Positions 1 to 8,616 of a stretch of 64,000 nt of DNA are shown piece by piece. Both the position numbers and the translations under genes were made by a program. Under the pieces are notes generated by a model. The model ran no database searches, had not been told where the DNA came from, and saw nothing but the letters and a program-made list of their open reading frames with translations. Source of the DNA: an uncultured Nitrososphaerota archaeon (GTDB taxonomy: Archaea; Thermoproteota; Nitrososphaeria; Nitrososphaerales; Gagatemarchaeaceae); NCBI GenBank assembly GCA_963718895.1, contig CAVRAG010000004.1, forward strand, positions 1 to 64,000. The letters are read 5' to 3'. How positions within the stretch are numbered: the first letter of the stretch is position 1; each line of letters starts with the position of its first letter.

Positions 1-2236
1 CGGCCGTCAGGAGCCTGGGGACGAATCCTTTCTCTGATGCCGGCTGAGAGAGATAGAAGGAATCTTTGGTCAAGCAATTGTGAACGACCCCGCCCTGAAG
101 CACATACGAATTGGCATCCTCGACCTCGAGATTCCAGACCTCGCCCGTGAACGATCGTTTGGAGACTCTTCTGACCGGGAACTCCAGGAATCCACCTTCG
201 AACCACATTGTACGGTACTCTTGACGGGATCTTGTCAGGTGCTGCGCTGGATGCACGATGGTGTTCATCTTCGTCATGTCGCACGATTTGATGTAGTACG
301 AGTGCCTGTGCCAAGTCCCGTCGCGTCCCCGATGTCGAGGAAGGTCGCTTACTGCAAATCGAACTCCCAAACGAAGAAGCGAGAGCTGAAGAAAGTTCCA
401 GAGTCCCTCCGAGACGGTCCCGTAAGTGAATACGTCCTGCGAGTTGCTTCCATCGCCTAGCCAGATACCCTTCAACAGGCTTCTTAGGTGATCATCAGGG
501 AGTGATGTCGCCCATGCTATCGGGACGCTCTTCTGCCATGATGTGTGGCCGAAAGTGGTTCCGAGGTACTCGGCAAGAGGCTTGCACAGCATCCGAGCGG
601 TCATTCCGTTTCCCACTCTCCCGTGGATCTTGACACCGTTGCCGAACGCCTTCGTGGCAATCGAGTCAAGGTCTTCCACGATGAACTCTTCTTTCTTATG
701 TAGCGCGAAGTTGATCTCGTTCTCCCAGATCGTTCCTTCAGCAACATAGAGCCCGAACAGGTACATCATCTCCGGTGTGGTGGCAATCTCTTGCCAAATC
801 CCTCGTCTGTGGTAATCATGGCTGAAGGGAACGGAAGGAATCTGTACGCCTCGCGGCTCAGGAATAGGAAGGCAGAGCACGTCCCCTTGTTCGATGTTGT
901 CGGCGCTGAGGAACTTCTGTTCCGAGGCGCCCTTCATGTTCGTCAGTTTCTTCTTGCCATTCGAATTGTAGAAACGTCGGCCCCTATGGATGCGCTTCCT
1001 GACGAGGACGGGATGCTCAGGCGTGCATTCTATGGGAAACGAGTAGAATCCCCTGCCCGCTATCTTCAGAAGCGGTCCACTGTACCTTCTCGTCAGGACC
1101 TTGGTCACTTTGCGATACTGACCATCATGCGCCAGGACCCTGTCGCCCGCGGTTATGCTGGATATTGCTCGTAGTCCACTCTTTGTCTGAACCTTCGCCC
1201 AGGGAGGCAGGCAAAAACCGCCCACTCCAGGGCCGGGGGTTAGCAGGTTCGTCTTTGGGTCTGTGCGAGTCGCCTCGATAACCCTGATGACGTCTACCCC
1301 TAAGGCCTCGCACGCGAGCGCGAGCTCGTTGGCCAGCGCTATGTTGACGTCGCGGTAGATGTTCAGGAACAGCTTGGCTGCCTCGGTGGTCTTAGGCCCG
1401 TCGAAGAGACGAATCGGGGCATCGAACGACCCGAAGAGCCCTGCTGCCGCGCGGCCGCTTCGCGAATCTATCCCCCCTATCATCTTCGACAGAGTCCGGA
1501 GCTCGAAGAGGGCGAGCCCCTCTATAGTGGTCTCGGGCACGTGGGCGAGACCGAAATCCCTCCCAGGGACAAGACCGGATTGCTCTTTGAGAATCCTGCC
1601 AACGACCTCCTCCGTGGTCCCGACAGAGACCGTGCTTCTGACTACGACCACCGAGCCCTTCTGTAGCCCTGCACCTATGTCCTTCGAGGCTGAGACCAGG
1701 GCACGCGTGTCGGGCCGCTTCTGGGAATCGATAGGCGTTCCTACTGTGATGATAATGAACCCTGAACGCTCCACCCCAGCAGAAGTGTCTGTGCTCAGTT
1801 CGAGGTTGCCTGACTTGAGGGCGAGCTTGAGGAGTTCCTCCATCTCGTGGGAGGACTCATGCCCCATCGCTGCGCTGTTCACACGGCTCGTGAGCCTGAC
1901 CGAACCTGAGGATATCTCGACCTTCCGCATGCAGCTCGGACAGAAGTTCTCGCGACCGACGGATAGGATGCGGACTCCGCAGTTGGGGCAGGTAACACCG
2001 AGGACCTTTGACGAGGGGAACAGGTTCTTGCTGTGCTCGACTATGGGAGATCGTCCGGCCCGAAGCTCGTCGAGGAACTCCTCGTTCTTGTCGCAGCCGA
2101 TGACCTTGGCGCCCTGATTGGCCAGCAGCAGGGCTAGGGGGAGACCGATGTGGCCCATCCCCACTATGCAGACGCGTATCTTGCCGCCCTTCAGCTGGGT
2201 TGTGATTCGATGAGCAGGCGTCTCAAGTAGGTTCAT
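1..2236 (-). CDS. Nucleotide-sugar dehydrogenase (UDP-Glc/UDP-GlcNAc/UDP-ManNAc dehydrogenase family), intein-containing; 3' end lies outside the window
   Basis: Translated by hand; absent from the ORF track because it has no stop in the window. Motifs: IVGMGHIGLP Rossmann motif, ITVGTP, VRSTVSVGTT, EAAKLFLNIYRDVNIALANE, and PGPGVGGF/CLTKD after intein removal. Confidence 0.93.
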   Translation of the reverse strand, partial: MNLLETPAHRITTQLKGGKIRVCIVGMGHIGLPLALLLANQGAKVIGCDKNEEFLDELRAGRSPIVEHSKNLFPSSKVLGVTCPNCGVRILSVGRENFCPSCMRKVEISSGSVRLTSRVNSAAMGHESSHEMEELLKLALKSGNLELSTDTSAGVERSGFIIITVGTPIDSQKRPDTRALVSASKDIGAGLQKGSVVVVRSTVSVGTTEEVVGRILKEQSGLVPGRDFGLAHVPETTIEGLALFELRTLSKMIGGIDSRSGRAAAGLFGSFDAPIRLFDGPKTTEAAKLFLNIYRDVNIALANELALACEALGVDVIRVIEATRTDPKTNLLTPGPGVGGFCLPPWAKVQTKSGLRAISSITAGDRVLAHDGQYRKVTKVLTRRYSGPLLKIAGRGFYSFPIECTPEHPVLVRKRIHRGRRFYNSNGKKKLTNMKGASEQKFLSADNIEQGDVLCLPIPEPRGVQIPSVPFSHDYHRRGIWQEIATTPEMMYLFGLYVAEGTIWENEINFALHKKEEFIVEDLDSIATKAFGNGVKIHGRVGNGMTARMLCKPLAEYLGTTFGHTSWQKSVPIAWATSLPDDHLRSLLKGIWLGDGSNSQDVFTYGTVSEGLWNFLQLSLLRLGVRFAVSDLPRHRGRDGTWHRHSYYIKSCDMTKMNTIVHPAQHLTRSRQEYRTMWFEGGFLEFPVRRVSKRSFTGEVWNLEVEDANSYVLQGGVVHNCLTKDSFYLSQPASEKGFVPRLLTA
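77..1213 (-). mobile_element. Intein (379 aa) with LAGLIDADG homing endonuclease
   Basis: In-frame 1137-nt insert. It starts CLPPWAKV, has block B CTPEHPVLV and endonuclease motifs LFGLYVAEG and LLKGIWLGDG, and ends VWNLEVEDANSYVLQGGVVHN followed by the extein Cys. Confidence 0.95.
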
Positions 2237-2400
2237 GGTGATCTCACGTTTTGCTTTCCCGCCCTCGCTGACGGCAATCGTCTCTAGATTAAGGCTGTTG
2301 CATCATTTTTCCTTTCTCGGAGGGATTGCAAGAAGGTCCGCTAGGTTGACGCTGCTGGGAAGACCCGCCTGTGGGACGCAGAGCCTCCAGCTGATTCGAG

Positions 2401-2436
2401 AGAAAAACAGAGGATTGGAGGAGCAGGCTCCTCCAA
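2401..2436 (-). terminator. Hairpin plus U-tract after PEF-CTERM gene 1
   Basis: Perfect inverted repeat TTGGAGGAGC/GCTCCTCCAA (2415-2436), followed on the minus strand by TCTGTTTTTCT. Confidence 0.65.
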
Positions 2437-2445
2437 CTGCCGCCC

Positions 2446-3509
2446 TTAGGCGGTGTGAATCTTGAGGCTTTGTCTTGACCTGACGAGGAGTGCCAGCAAG
2501 ACAGCGCCGATAGCGGCCACCATGATTGGTGATGCGCCGAACTCAGGCACGCTGTTGCTTGGGGGTATTCCGATTGGAGGTACTGTCGCTGTCGAGGGGA
2601 TGCTTATGACCTGGGCTGCCCACGTGAGGCAGTCGCCAGAGTTGCTGCCTATGCTTGCGCTGTCAGATGTCGCGCCCAATGTCTCGGGCACCGAGTATGT
2701 CTTGGTGTCTGATAGGCTACCGTAGCTCCACGTGGCGCTGGATGTCTTGGGGTCGCTTCCGGGGAAGGCGTTGCTGTCGATCGTTACGCCGTTGTACTCT
2801 GCAAAGTTGCTGGGTAGCTGGCCGTCTAGGACGAAGAATGTGGTCGTTGCGGTGGTAGCGTCGGCCGCTCCGTGGTTGAACACGCTCGTGAGTGGGTTTC
2901 CTGAGGCTGGCTCGGTGTACGCGCCTGTGTAGACGTAGATGTTGTTCGAGGTGGCGCCGGTCGTCACGACGACGAGGCTTGCCCCATCATCCAGAGGCGT
3001 ACCATATTCGGACCAGGGGTCGTCACCATTGGTGTATCCCGACGCAAAGCCGGAGACGGTGTTCGCGCCGTTCGTCACATAGGGTGTGACGTCGGCCGCG
3101 AAGATCCACATGTCACCGCCACCCCAGCAGGGGCTGGCGTCGTTGCTCTGGTAGGTGCCGGTTATCGCGTGGCCGTTTATCGCGGCCGCATGCTAGTCCG
3201 GTCGTGGTCGGGGTTGATTATGCCCCAGATCAGGTATGCGGCCACCACGGTCCCCGTGAATGACAGGGTTATGATGCCGGAACCTGTGTTCCTGAGGGCA
3301 GTTCCTGCTGCGGTGTATTGGTAGTCGCCACCAATCTGGAGGAGCGCGGTTGGGTTGAGTGGAGGATCTGGGCCGGGCACTAGGCCTGGAGGCCAGACTC
3401 CGTTCGAGTTTGTTGGGGATGCCGACGTCGGCGCGATTCGCACGACGAGGCACAACATGATGACTGCTGCGAAAGTCAGGGTCGAAAGACTCCGTACGTT
3501 CTTCTGCAT
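2446..3509 (-). CDS. Secreted PEF-CTERM surface protein 1 (one frameshift near 3180)
   Basis: ORF 3177..3509 supplies a signal peptide. ORF 2446..3111 ends VPEFGASPIMVAAIGAVLLALLVRSRQSLK (motif, TM helix, basic tail). Confidence 0.85.
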
Positions 3510-3534
3510 GCGCAGGGATTCGCTTGTGATTTGG

Positions 3535-3583
3535 TTTTAAGCATCGAGGAGCCCATCTTCATGGATATGAATCCTGAATTCAT
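3535..3583 (-). promoter_or_regulatory. TATA box plus tandem palindromic operator
   Basis: TTAAAA lies 25 nt before the ATG. Palindrome ATGAATCCTGAATTCAT (3567-3583) lies 26 nt from the TATA; a degenerate second box is at 3546-3562. Confidence 0.75.
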
Positions 3584-3726
3584 GTTACACTTTCCAGTCG
3601 TTTGCGCAAGTATTGGCTCGAATAGACCAAAACACTGCCATAATTTGGTCAATATTGAGGCAGATGCTCAGTCCTCACTTGTCGTTGACGGTAGTACGAG
3701 GTGCGAGACAAGAGGAAGTGCCGTGC

Positions 3727-4676
3727 CTATCTCTGGTTTTGTCGACGGGCGAAGTTCCTGATCACTTCGCGCAGGCCTTCCTCCAGCGAGAACCGCGGGG
3801 AGTATCCCAGCACGGTCCTCGCCTTGCCTATGTCAGCCAGGCTGTGACGAACGTCACCCTCCCTCGGGGGAGCGTGCTCTATGCCGAGATGGGGCTTTCC
3901 CATTATCTCCTCGATGGAGGTAGCGAGCCGGTTCAGGGACACCTGGGCGCCGCCGGCGACATTGAAGACCTCGCCGGGCCTGGGGTTCCCTCTCCAGGCT
4001 GAGGATGTTCGCGCTCACCGCGTCTTGCACGTAGGTGAAGTCCCTCGTCTGCTCGCCGTCTCCGAAGACTGATCGGGACTTGGTCATGGATGACCCTGTT
4101 CACGAAGGTCGGTATGACCCCGCTGTAGGGCCCGGGCTTCTGCCTGGGACCGTAGACGTTGAAGTACCTGAGGGAGACCGTGGGCAGGCCGTAGACGCTC
4201 GCGAAGACGCGGCAGTAGTTCTCCGCCGAGAGCTTGGAGACCGCGTAGGGCGAGATCGGCGACGTCTTCATGGTCTCGACCTTTGGCAAGGTCTCTGACT
4301 CGCCGTACACTGAGGACGACGATGCGAAAACGAACCGCTCGACCTTCGCGTCATTGGCCGCCATCAGGAGGTTGAGCGTCCCCCCGACGTTAACGGAGTT
4401 CGTCCGATTCGGGTCTTCGATGGAGCGTGTCACGCTGACAAGCGCTGCCTGGTGGATGATTGCGTCGTATCCCTTCACAGCCTCCTTGACGAACGCTTCG
4501 TCGCGGATATCGCCCCGGTGCATCCGAAGGTGAGCGTCGGTGGGAAGGTTGCTCTCCTCCCCGGTGGCGAAATCATCGAGAACGCCGACCTCGAGGCCGC
4601 GTGCAATCAGGGCGTCCACTATGTGGCTCCCGATGAATCCGGCGCCCCCGGTCACTAGGACCCTCGAGAACTTCAA
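3727..4676 (-). CDS. NAD-dependent epimerase/dehydratase (extended SDR), frameshifted
   Basis: TGGAGFIGSH, SSSSVYG, YAVSK, RYFNVYGPRQ, GDGEQTRDFTYV and REGDVRHS, spread over three ORF fragments. Confidence 0.92.
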
Positions 4677-4734
4677 CTTCGAATTCTCGGCCTTGGTACG
4701 GCGTTAATAATGATTCTTCGGAACTAGGGCGATC

Positions 4735-5265
4735 CTAGCGATCCTGTTGGGCTGCTCTCGATGGCCTCATTGCCAAGCGGACGGCGATGTAGAGGAGCGC
4801 GATGGAGGCCAGGTGTTCCGCCAGGTCAAGCTGATACCAATCCTGCTCGACGATCGTGCTAAGATCGGCCAGAGGGAGGTTCTGAGCGTAGCTCAGGACG
4901 AAGGCGGCCGCGGTCAGGAGTGCCACGCCGAAGACCTTCTCTCTTGTCAAAGAAGTGCCCTTCAAGGCCTCCCTCAACGCGAGACAGAGGAAGACGGCCG
5001 TCAGGACGTGAAGCAAGGCCTCCATGAAGAGATGCGGGCCAGCCGGATGGACTCGGGTGACCTCGGGCCACGTCAGCACGGAGTCGAAGTTCACGGGCGC
5101 ATCGTCGATGAGGGACCAGAAGAAGGCGAGGAAGGCAAAGATGGCGATCCTCTGCTTCGTCACGATGAGGACTGCCGAGCCGAAGACCAGGGGCAGCACG
5201 ACCCCTCCAAGAAGCGTGGTAATGTCGAAGGCTTGACTCTGGAAGACGTACCAGAACGAGACCAC
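4735..5265 (-). CDS. Hypothetical multi-pass membrane protein (start may extend to ~5330)
   Basis: 176-aa ORF with about five hydrophobic segments; the reading frame stays hydrophobic upstream. Confidence 0.65.
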   Translation of the reverse strand: MVSFWYVFQSQAFDITTLLGGVVLPLVFGSAVLIVTKQRIAIFAFLAFFWSLIDDAPVNFDSVLTWPEVTRVHPAGPHLFMEALLHVLTAVFLCLALREALKGTSLTREKVFGVALLTAAAFVLSYAQNLPLADLSTIVEQDWYQLDLAEHLASIALLYIAVRLAMRPSRAAQQDR

Positions 5266-5549
5266 TACGCCCAGTGACGCGGCTGTGATGGCCAGGACCT
5301 GATAGGCTATGCTATTGTTGCCCGTGATTCATTCCACCCTTTAACCCCAGCAGTCGTGCAAGCGGGCTTCCTCCACGTGTATGAACCTTGTCATGAAGCC
5401 TCATGACGCGGAGGACTCTTCACTTGGACTGATCTACCGGAAGTCTTCGAATGGCTCGACACCTAGTACTATTTGACGCCTTCCACTGAATCGGATGGTT
5501 CTTCCAAGATTTGGAGCGAATGTGAAAGCATCCAACTCGTCTGTCCCAG

Positions 5550-5590
5550 CAAAACAATGGAGGCCGCAGCCGGCTTTTGACCTGCTGCGG
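5550..5590 (-). terminator. Hairpin plus short U-tract after PEF-CTERM gene 2
   Basis: CCGCAGC (5564-5570) / GCTGCGG (5584-5590) stem, then TTGTTTTG on the minus strand. Confidence 0.5.
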
Positions 5591-5604
5591 GCTATTCCTT
5601 TCGT

Positions 5605-6168
5605 TTATCGCGTCGCTTGTGCTGCGAACTTGCTCTTGGCGATGAGCATGGCTGGTACGGCCAATGCCATCAGGATAGCAAGTCCGAACGGGAACTCTGG
5701 GACCCTAGGTGGAGGCTGACCTGAGAACAGGCTGAATGGCTCACACGCAGCTTTTGCTGCGGGATACCCGCCAGATCCTGTTCCGCTGTACTTTGCAACC
5801 CACACGTAGTTACCTGCGGTCAATCCGGTGGTCGAGAATGTTGCCGACTGGTATGTGGTCTTCAAGCTGGTCGTCACTGTGACGGCTGGTGAGGTATACT
5901 CCAGGGTTCCAGTTGGATTACCCGAGGTACACGTGCCGCTGTAGACGTAGAAGGTGATGGTTCCGTATGGGCCCCCGTCCGAGGTGAGCTGTAGAGTCGC
6001 CGTGTCGTATACGCCTGTCCCTATGGCTGCCGAGGTAGTGGAAGCAGTGGTGGTGAATGTCTGAACAGACCAGGCAAACGCCGGTGCCACAATGCCACTA
6101 ACTCCAATCAGCACAGAGATCACGCCCAGAGTAGCGAGCGTGACGTTCTTTCCTTTCATGTTCATCAA
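5605..6168 (-). CDS. Secreted PEF-CTERM surface protein 2 (Ig-like beta domain)
   Basis: Signal peptide ending PAFA, Thr/Ser/Gly-rich beta strands, C-terminal VPEFPFGLAILMALAVPAMLIAKSK. Confidence 0.9.
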   Translation of the reverse strand: MMNMKGKNVTLATLGVISVLIGVSGIVAPAFAWSVQTFTTTASTTSAAIGTGVYDTATLQLTSDGGPYGTITFYVYSGTCTSGNPTGTLEYTSPAVTVTTSLKTTYQSATFSTTGLTAGNYVWVAKYSGTGSGGYPAAKAACEPFSLFSGQPPPRVPEFPFGLAILMALAVPAMLIAKSKFAAQATR

Positions 6169-6190
6169 GGAATTTTGACCTTAAATACCC

Positions 6191-6240
6191 TATATATGGA
6201 ACGCGAAGCAGAGATTCATATTCATGGAGTCATGATTCAC
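6191..6240 (-). promoter_or_regulatory. TATA box plus tandem palindromic operator
   Basis: TATATAT at 6191-6197. Box ATGGAGTCATGATTCAC (6224-6240) is 26 nt away; second box GCGAAGCAGAGATTCAT is at 6203-6219. Confidence 0.7.
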
Positions 6241-6390
6241 ATTCTGGCCCCCAGAATCAGAACTTGGATGAACATTCGGCCCCGTCCTTTTGCTTATTCC
6301 AAGTCTCCAACTCGCTCGCGGTTTCGCTCAACGACGCTGCGAATCAGACGGTCGTCGACCTGGCGGGGGCGAATCTGTGCTTAGAACGGG

Positions 6391-8262
6391 TTACTTGTCT
6401 CTCGAGGATCGGACAATCCGGCGAGCAACAATCGCACCCACCATCATGGTGCCGACCAGGAACACGAGACTCGAGTCGCTCAACAAGAGCAACGGGCTCC
6501 CTGAGTTGTTTCGGTTATTCGTTTCCGACGTCTGGCAGGAGACCGGCTGTCCTAGAGTTCCCGAGAGACAGACGGTCGTCGTGACGGTCGTTGTCTGAGT
6601 TGTTGTCGTGGGCGCCTGAGTCGTGGTCACCGTCCCGATTGAAGTTACTGTCGTGGTGCTGGGCGGGGCGACGCTGGTCACTGTCGTGGTCACTCCGGTT
6701 CCGGCCAATGTTATGGTCGTTGTCACGCCAGGCAGGGTCACTGTGGATGTTGAGGTGGCAGTGCTGGTCTGATCCAAGGTGGAGGTCACGGTCATGGTTA
6801 GAGTAACTGACTGAACAGCGCTAGAGGTCACAGTGGTGGTGACGGTGGACGTCTGAGTTGTCGTAACAGGAGGTGGTATGCTCGTGATGGTAGTCGTGAT
6901 GGTAGTCGTGGTGGTGCTGCTCGCAGGAAGGGTTTGTGTCGAGGTCATCGTCGTCGTCTGTGTTACGGTCTGAGTGGTCGTGACCGGCGGAGATGTTGAC
7001 GTGACGGTAGTAGTCGTCGTGCTCCCAGGCAGTGTCTGGGTCGAGGTGGTCGTTGTCGTCTGGGTGACGGTTTGAGTGGTCGTCACTGGCGGGGAGGTTG
7101 AGGTAACCGTAGTCGTGGTAGTGCTCGCGGGAAGAGTCTGGGTGGAGGTCGCCGTCGAAGTGTGAGTCACGGTCTGGGTGGTGGTGACGGGCGGAGCTGT
7201 ACTCGTGACCGTAGTCGTGGTTGTCGTAGCCGGGAGGGTCTGGGTTGACGTGACCGTCGATGTGGTGGTGCTGCCCGGAAGAGTCGACGTTGAAGTGACC
7301 GTGGACGTCTGGGTCTGGGTCTGCGTCTGGGTTTGAGTTACCGTCTGGGTGGTCGTGCTACCAGGGGCTGTGGTCGTGCTCGTTACTGTCGTCGTAGTGG
7401 CCGGGAGAGTCGAGGTCACCGTCGACGTGATCGTCTGAGTCGAGGTCTGCGTGACCGTGCTGGTGACCGTGACGGTCACGGTGGGCGGCGCCATGCTGGT
7501 CGTAGAGCTCGTGGAGGATGTTGAGCTCGACCCCCAGAGCATGGTTCCAGCCGGCAAAGCGCTAACAGAGCCTCCGACGATTATCTCGTTGCTCTGGAGG
7601 TTAGAGTTCTGGGCGTTCCCCTGAACGCCCCAGGCCGTCCCGTAGGAGACGGCCGTCTGGACCGGGCCCCATAAGCCGGACTTCAGGGCCTGCATCGTGT
7701 CCGAGAACGTCACAGCGGGGAAGGAGAAGACGCTGGCCGCCTGCTCCTCTGAGAATGCCTGGACCGGATAACTGGAGCTGGAGGCGCTCGCGCCCATGTC
7801 GAAGGTGCCGAGGACCGTGCCATCGACGACGTAGGCCCAAGTCGTGTCGGTCTGGACATACATAGAGAATGCGTGGGAGCCCGTGGTGATGCTCCCCGTC
7901 CCTCCCGCGAGGATCGTCTGCGAGCCGAGGTTCCAGACCTGGTAGAAGGAGACCGGCGCGTCTCCTGAGCAGAGATAGTAGCCGACCTGGCCCCACTCGT
8001 CGTTGGGGAGTCCATCGGCTATCCAGAAGGCAAGGCATCCGGTCGTTGCGAAGTTGATAACTTGAATGTCGGACTGGACTCCCGTGTTAGGCAACGCAGA
8101 GGAGTCGCTGGATGAAGCGCCCACCCACCAGACCGAGCCGGAGGGAGGGCTGGCGGTGAAGGTCGTGGGCTGGGGTGTGGTCTTCAGTCCGAGCGTCACA
8201 GAGTTCAGCGAAAGGGCACCCCCCACGAAGATGAGAGCGAGCACAAAGTAGGCCCACCTCAT
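6391..8262 (-). CDS. Membrane-anchored surface glycoprotein: putative glutamic-peptidase-like head, Thr-rich stalk, C-terminal TM
   Basis: Intact 623-aa ORF with signal peptide, beta domain containing WGQVGYY and FSEE, about 300 aa of Thr-rich sequence, and TM plus RRIVRSSRDK tail. Confidence 0.85.
   Translation of the reverse strand: MRWAYFVLALIFVGGALSLNSVTLGLKTTPQPTTFTASPPSGSVWWVGASSSDSSALPNTGVQSDIQVINFATTGCLAFWIADGLPNDEWGQVGYYLCSGDAPVSFYQVWNLGSQTILAGGTGSITTGSHAFSMYVQTDTTWAYVVDGTVLGTFDMGASASSSSYPVQAFSEEQAASVFSFPAVTFSDTMQALKSGLWGPVQTAVSYGTAWGVQGNAQNSNLQSNEIIVGGSVSALPAGTMLWGSSSTSSTSSTTSMAPPTVTVTVTSTVTQTSTQTITSTVTSTLPATTTTVTSTTTAPGSTTTQTVTQTQTQTQTQTSTVTSTSTLPGSTTTSTVTSTQTLPATTTTTTVTSTAPPVTTTQTVTHTSTATSTQTLPASTTTTTVTSTSPPVTTTQTVTQTTTTTSTQTLPGSTTTTTVTSTSPPVTTTQTVTQTTTMTSTQTLPASSTTTTTITTTITSIPPPVTTTQTSTVTTTVTSSAVQSVTLTMTVTSTLDQTSTATSTSTVTLPGVTTTITLAGTGVTTTVTSVAPPSTTTVTSIGTVTTTQAPTTTTQTTTVTTTVCLSGTLGQPVSCQTSETNNRNNSGSPLLLLSDSSLVFLVGTMMVGAIVARRIVRSSRDK
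6590..7520 (-). repeat. Thr-rich intragenic tandem repeats (34 aa / 102 bp unit)
   Basis: Unit PPVTTTQTVTQTTTTTSTQTLPGSTTTTTVTSTS occurs about three times clearly, with degenerate flanking copies. Confidence 0.85.
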
Positions 8263-8616
8263 GCTAGGCTCACACTCCCAACCTGCATGCTAAGACAGGA
8301 ACTGGCCTCGTGCAGAGCACAAAAGCCGGATAATGCATGATTATTGGCCTCTTTGTGAATTTTTCTTAGAGGAAGCCTTCGCAGGCTTCGGGCCGGTCTC
8401 TCCGTTCTCAGGCGGGTCGTAGGTGAGGGCGAGCACAGGATCCTCTCCCAGGCCGGAAGTGAGCGGACGTCGGTGGTGACGTTTGAATCTTGGTCCGTGC
8501 TGGAGAAGGTCTGGGAGTCTGCCTGAACCTGCATTGTGCGCCTGGACATGGTAAGAAGCGCCCAAGACCTGGTAGATATATCTTTGGAATATGCATGAAT
8601 ACAGTGTAACATCATC

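Noticed and set aside
6590-7520. Possible CRISPR or non-coding repeat array
   Set aside because: The repeats are in-frame Thr-rich codons with synonymous variation, no unique spacers and no cas genes.
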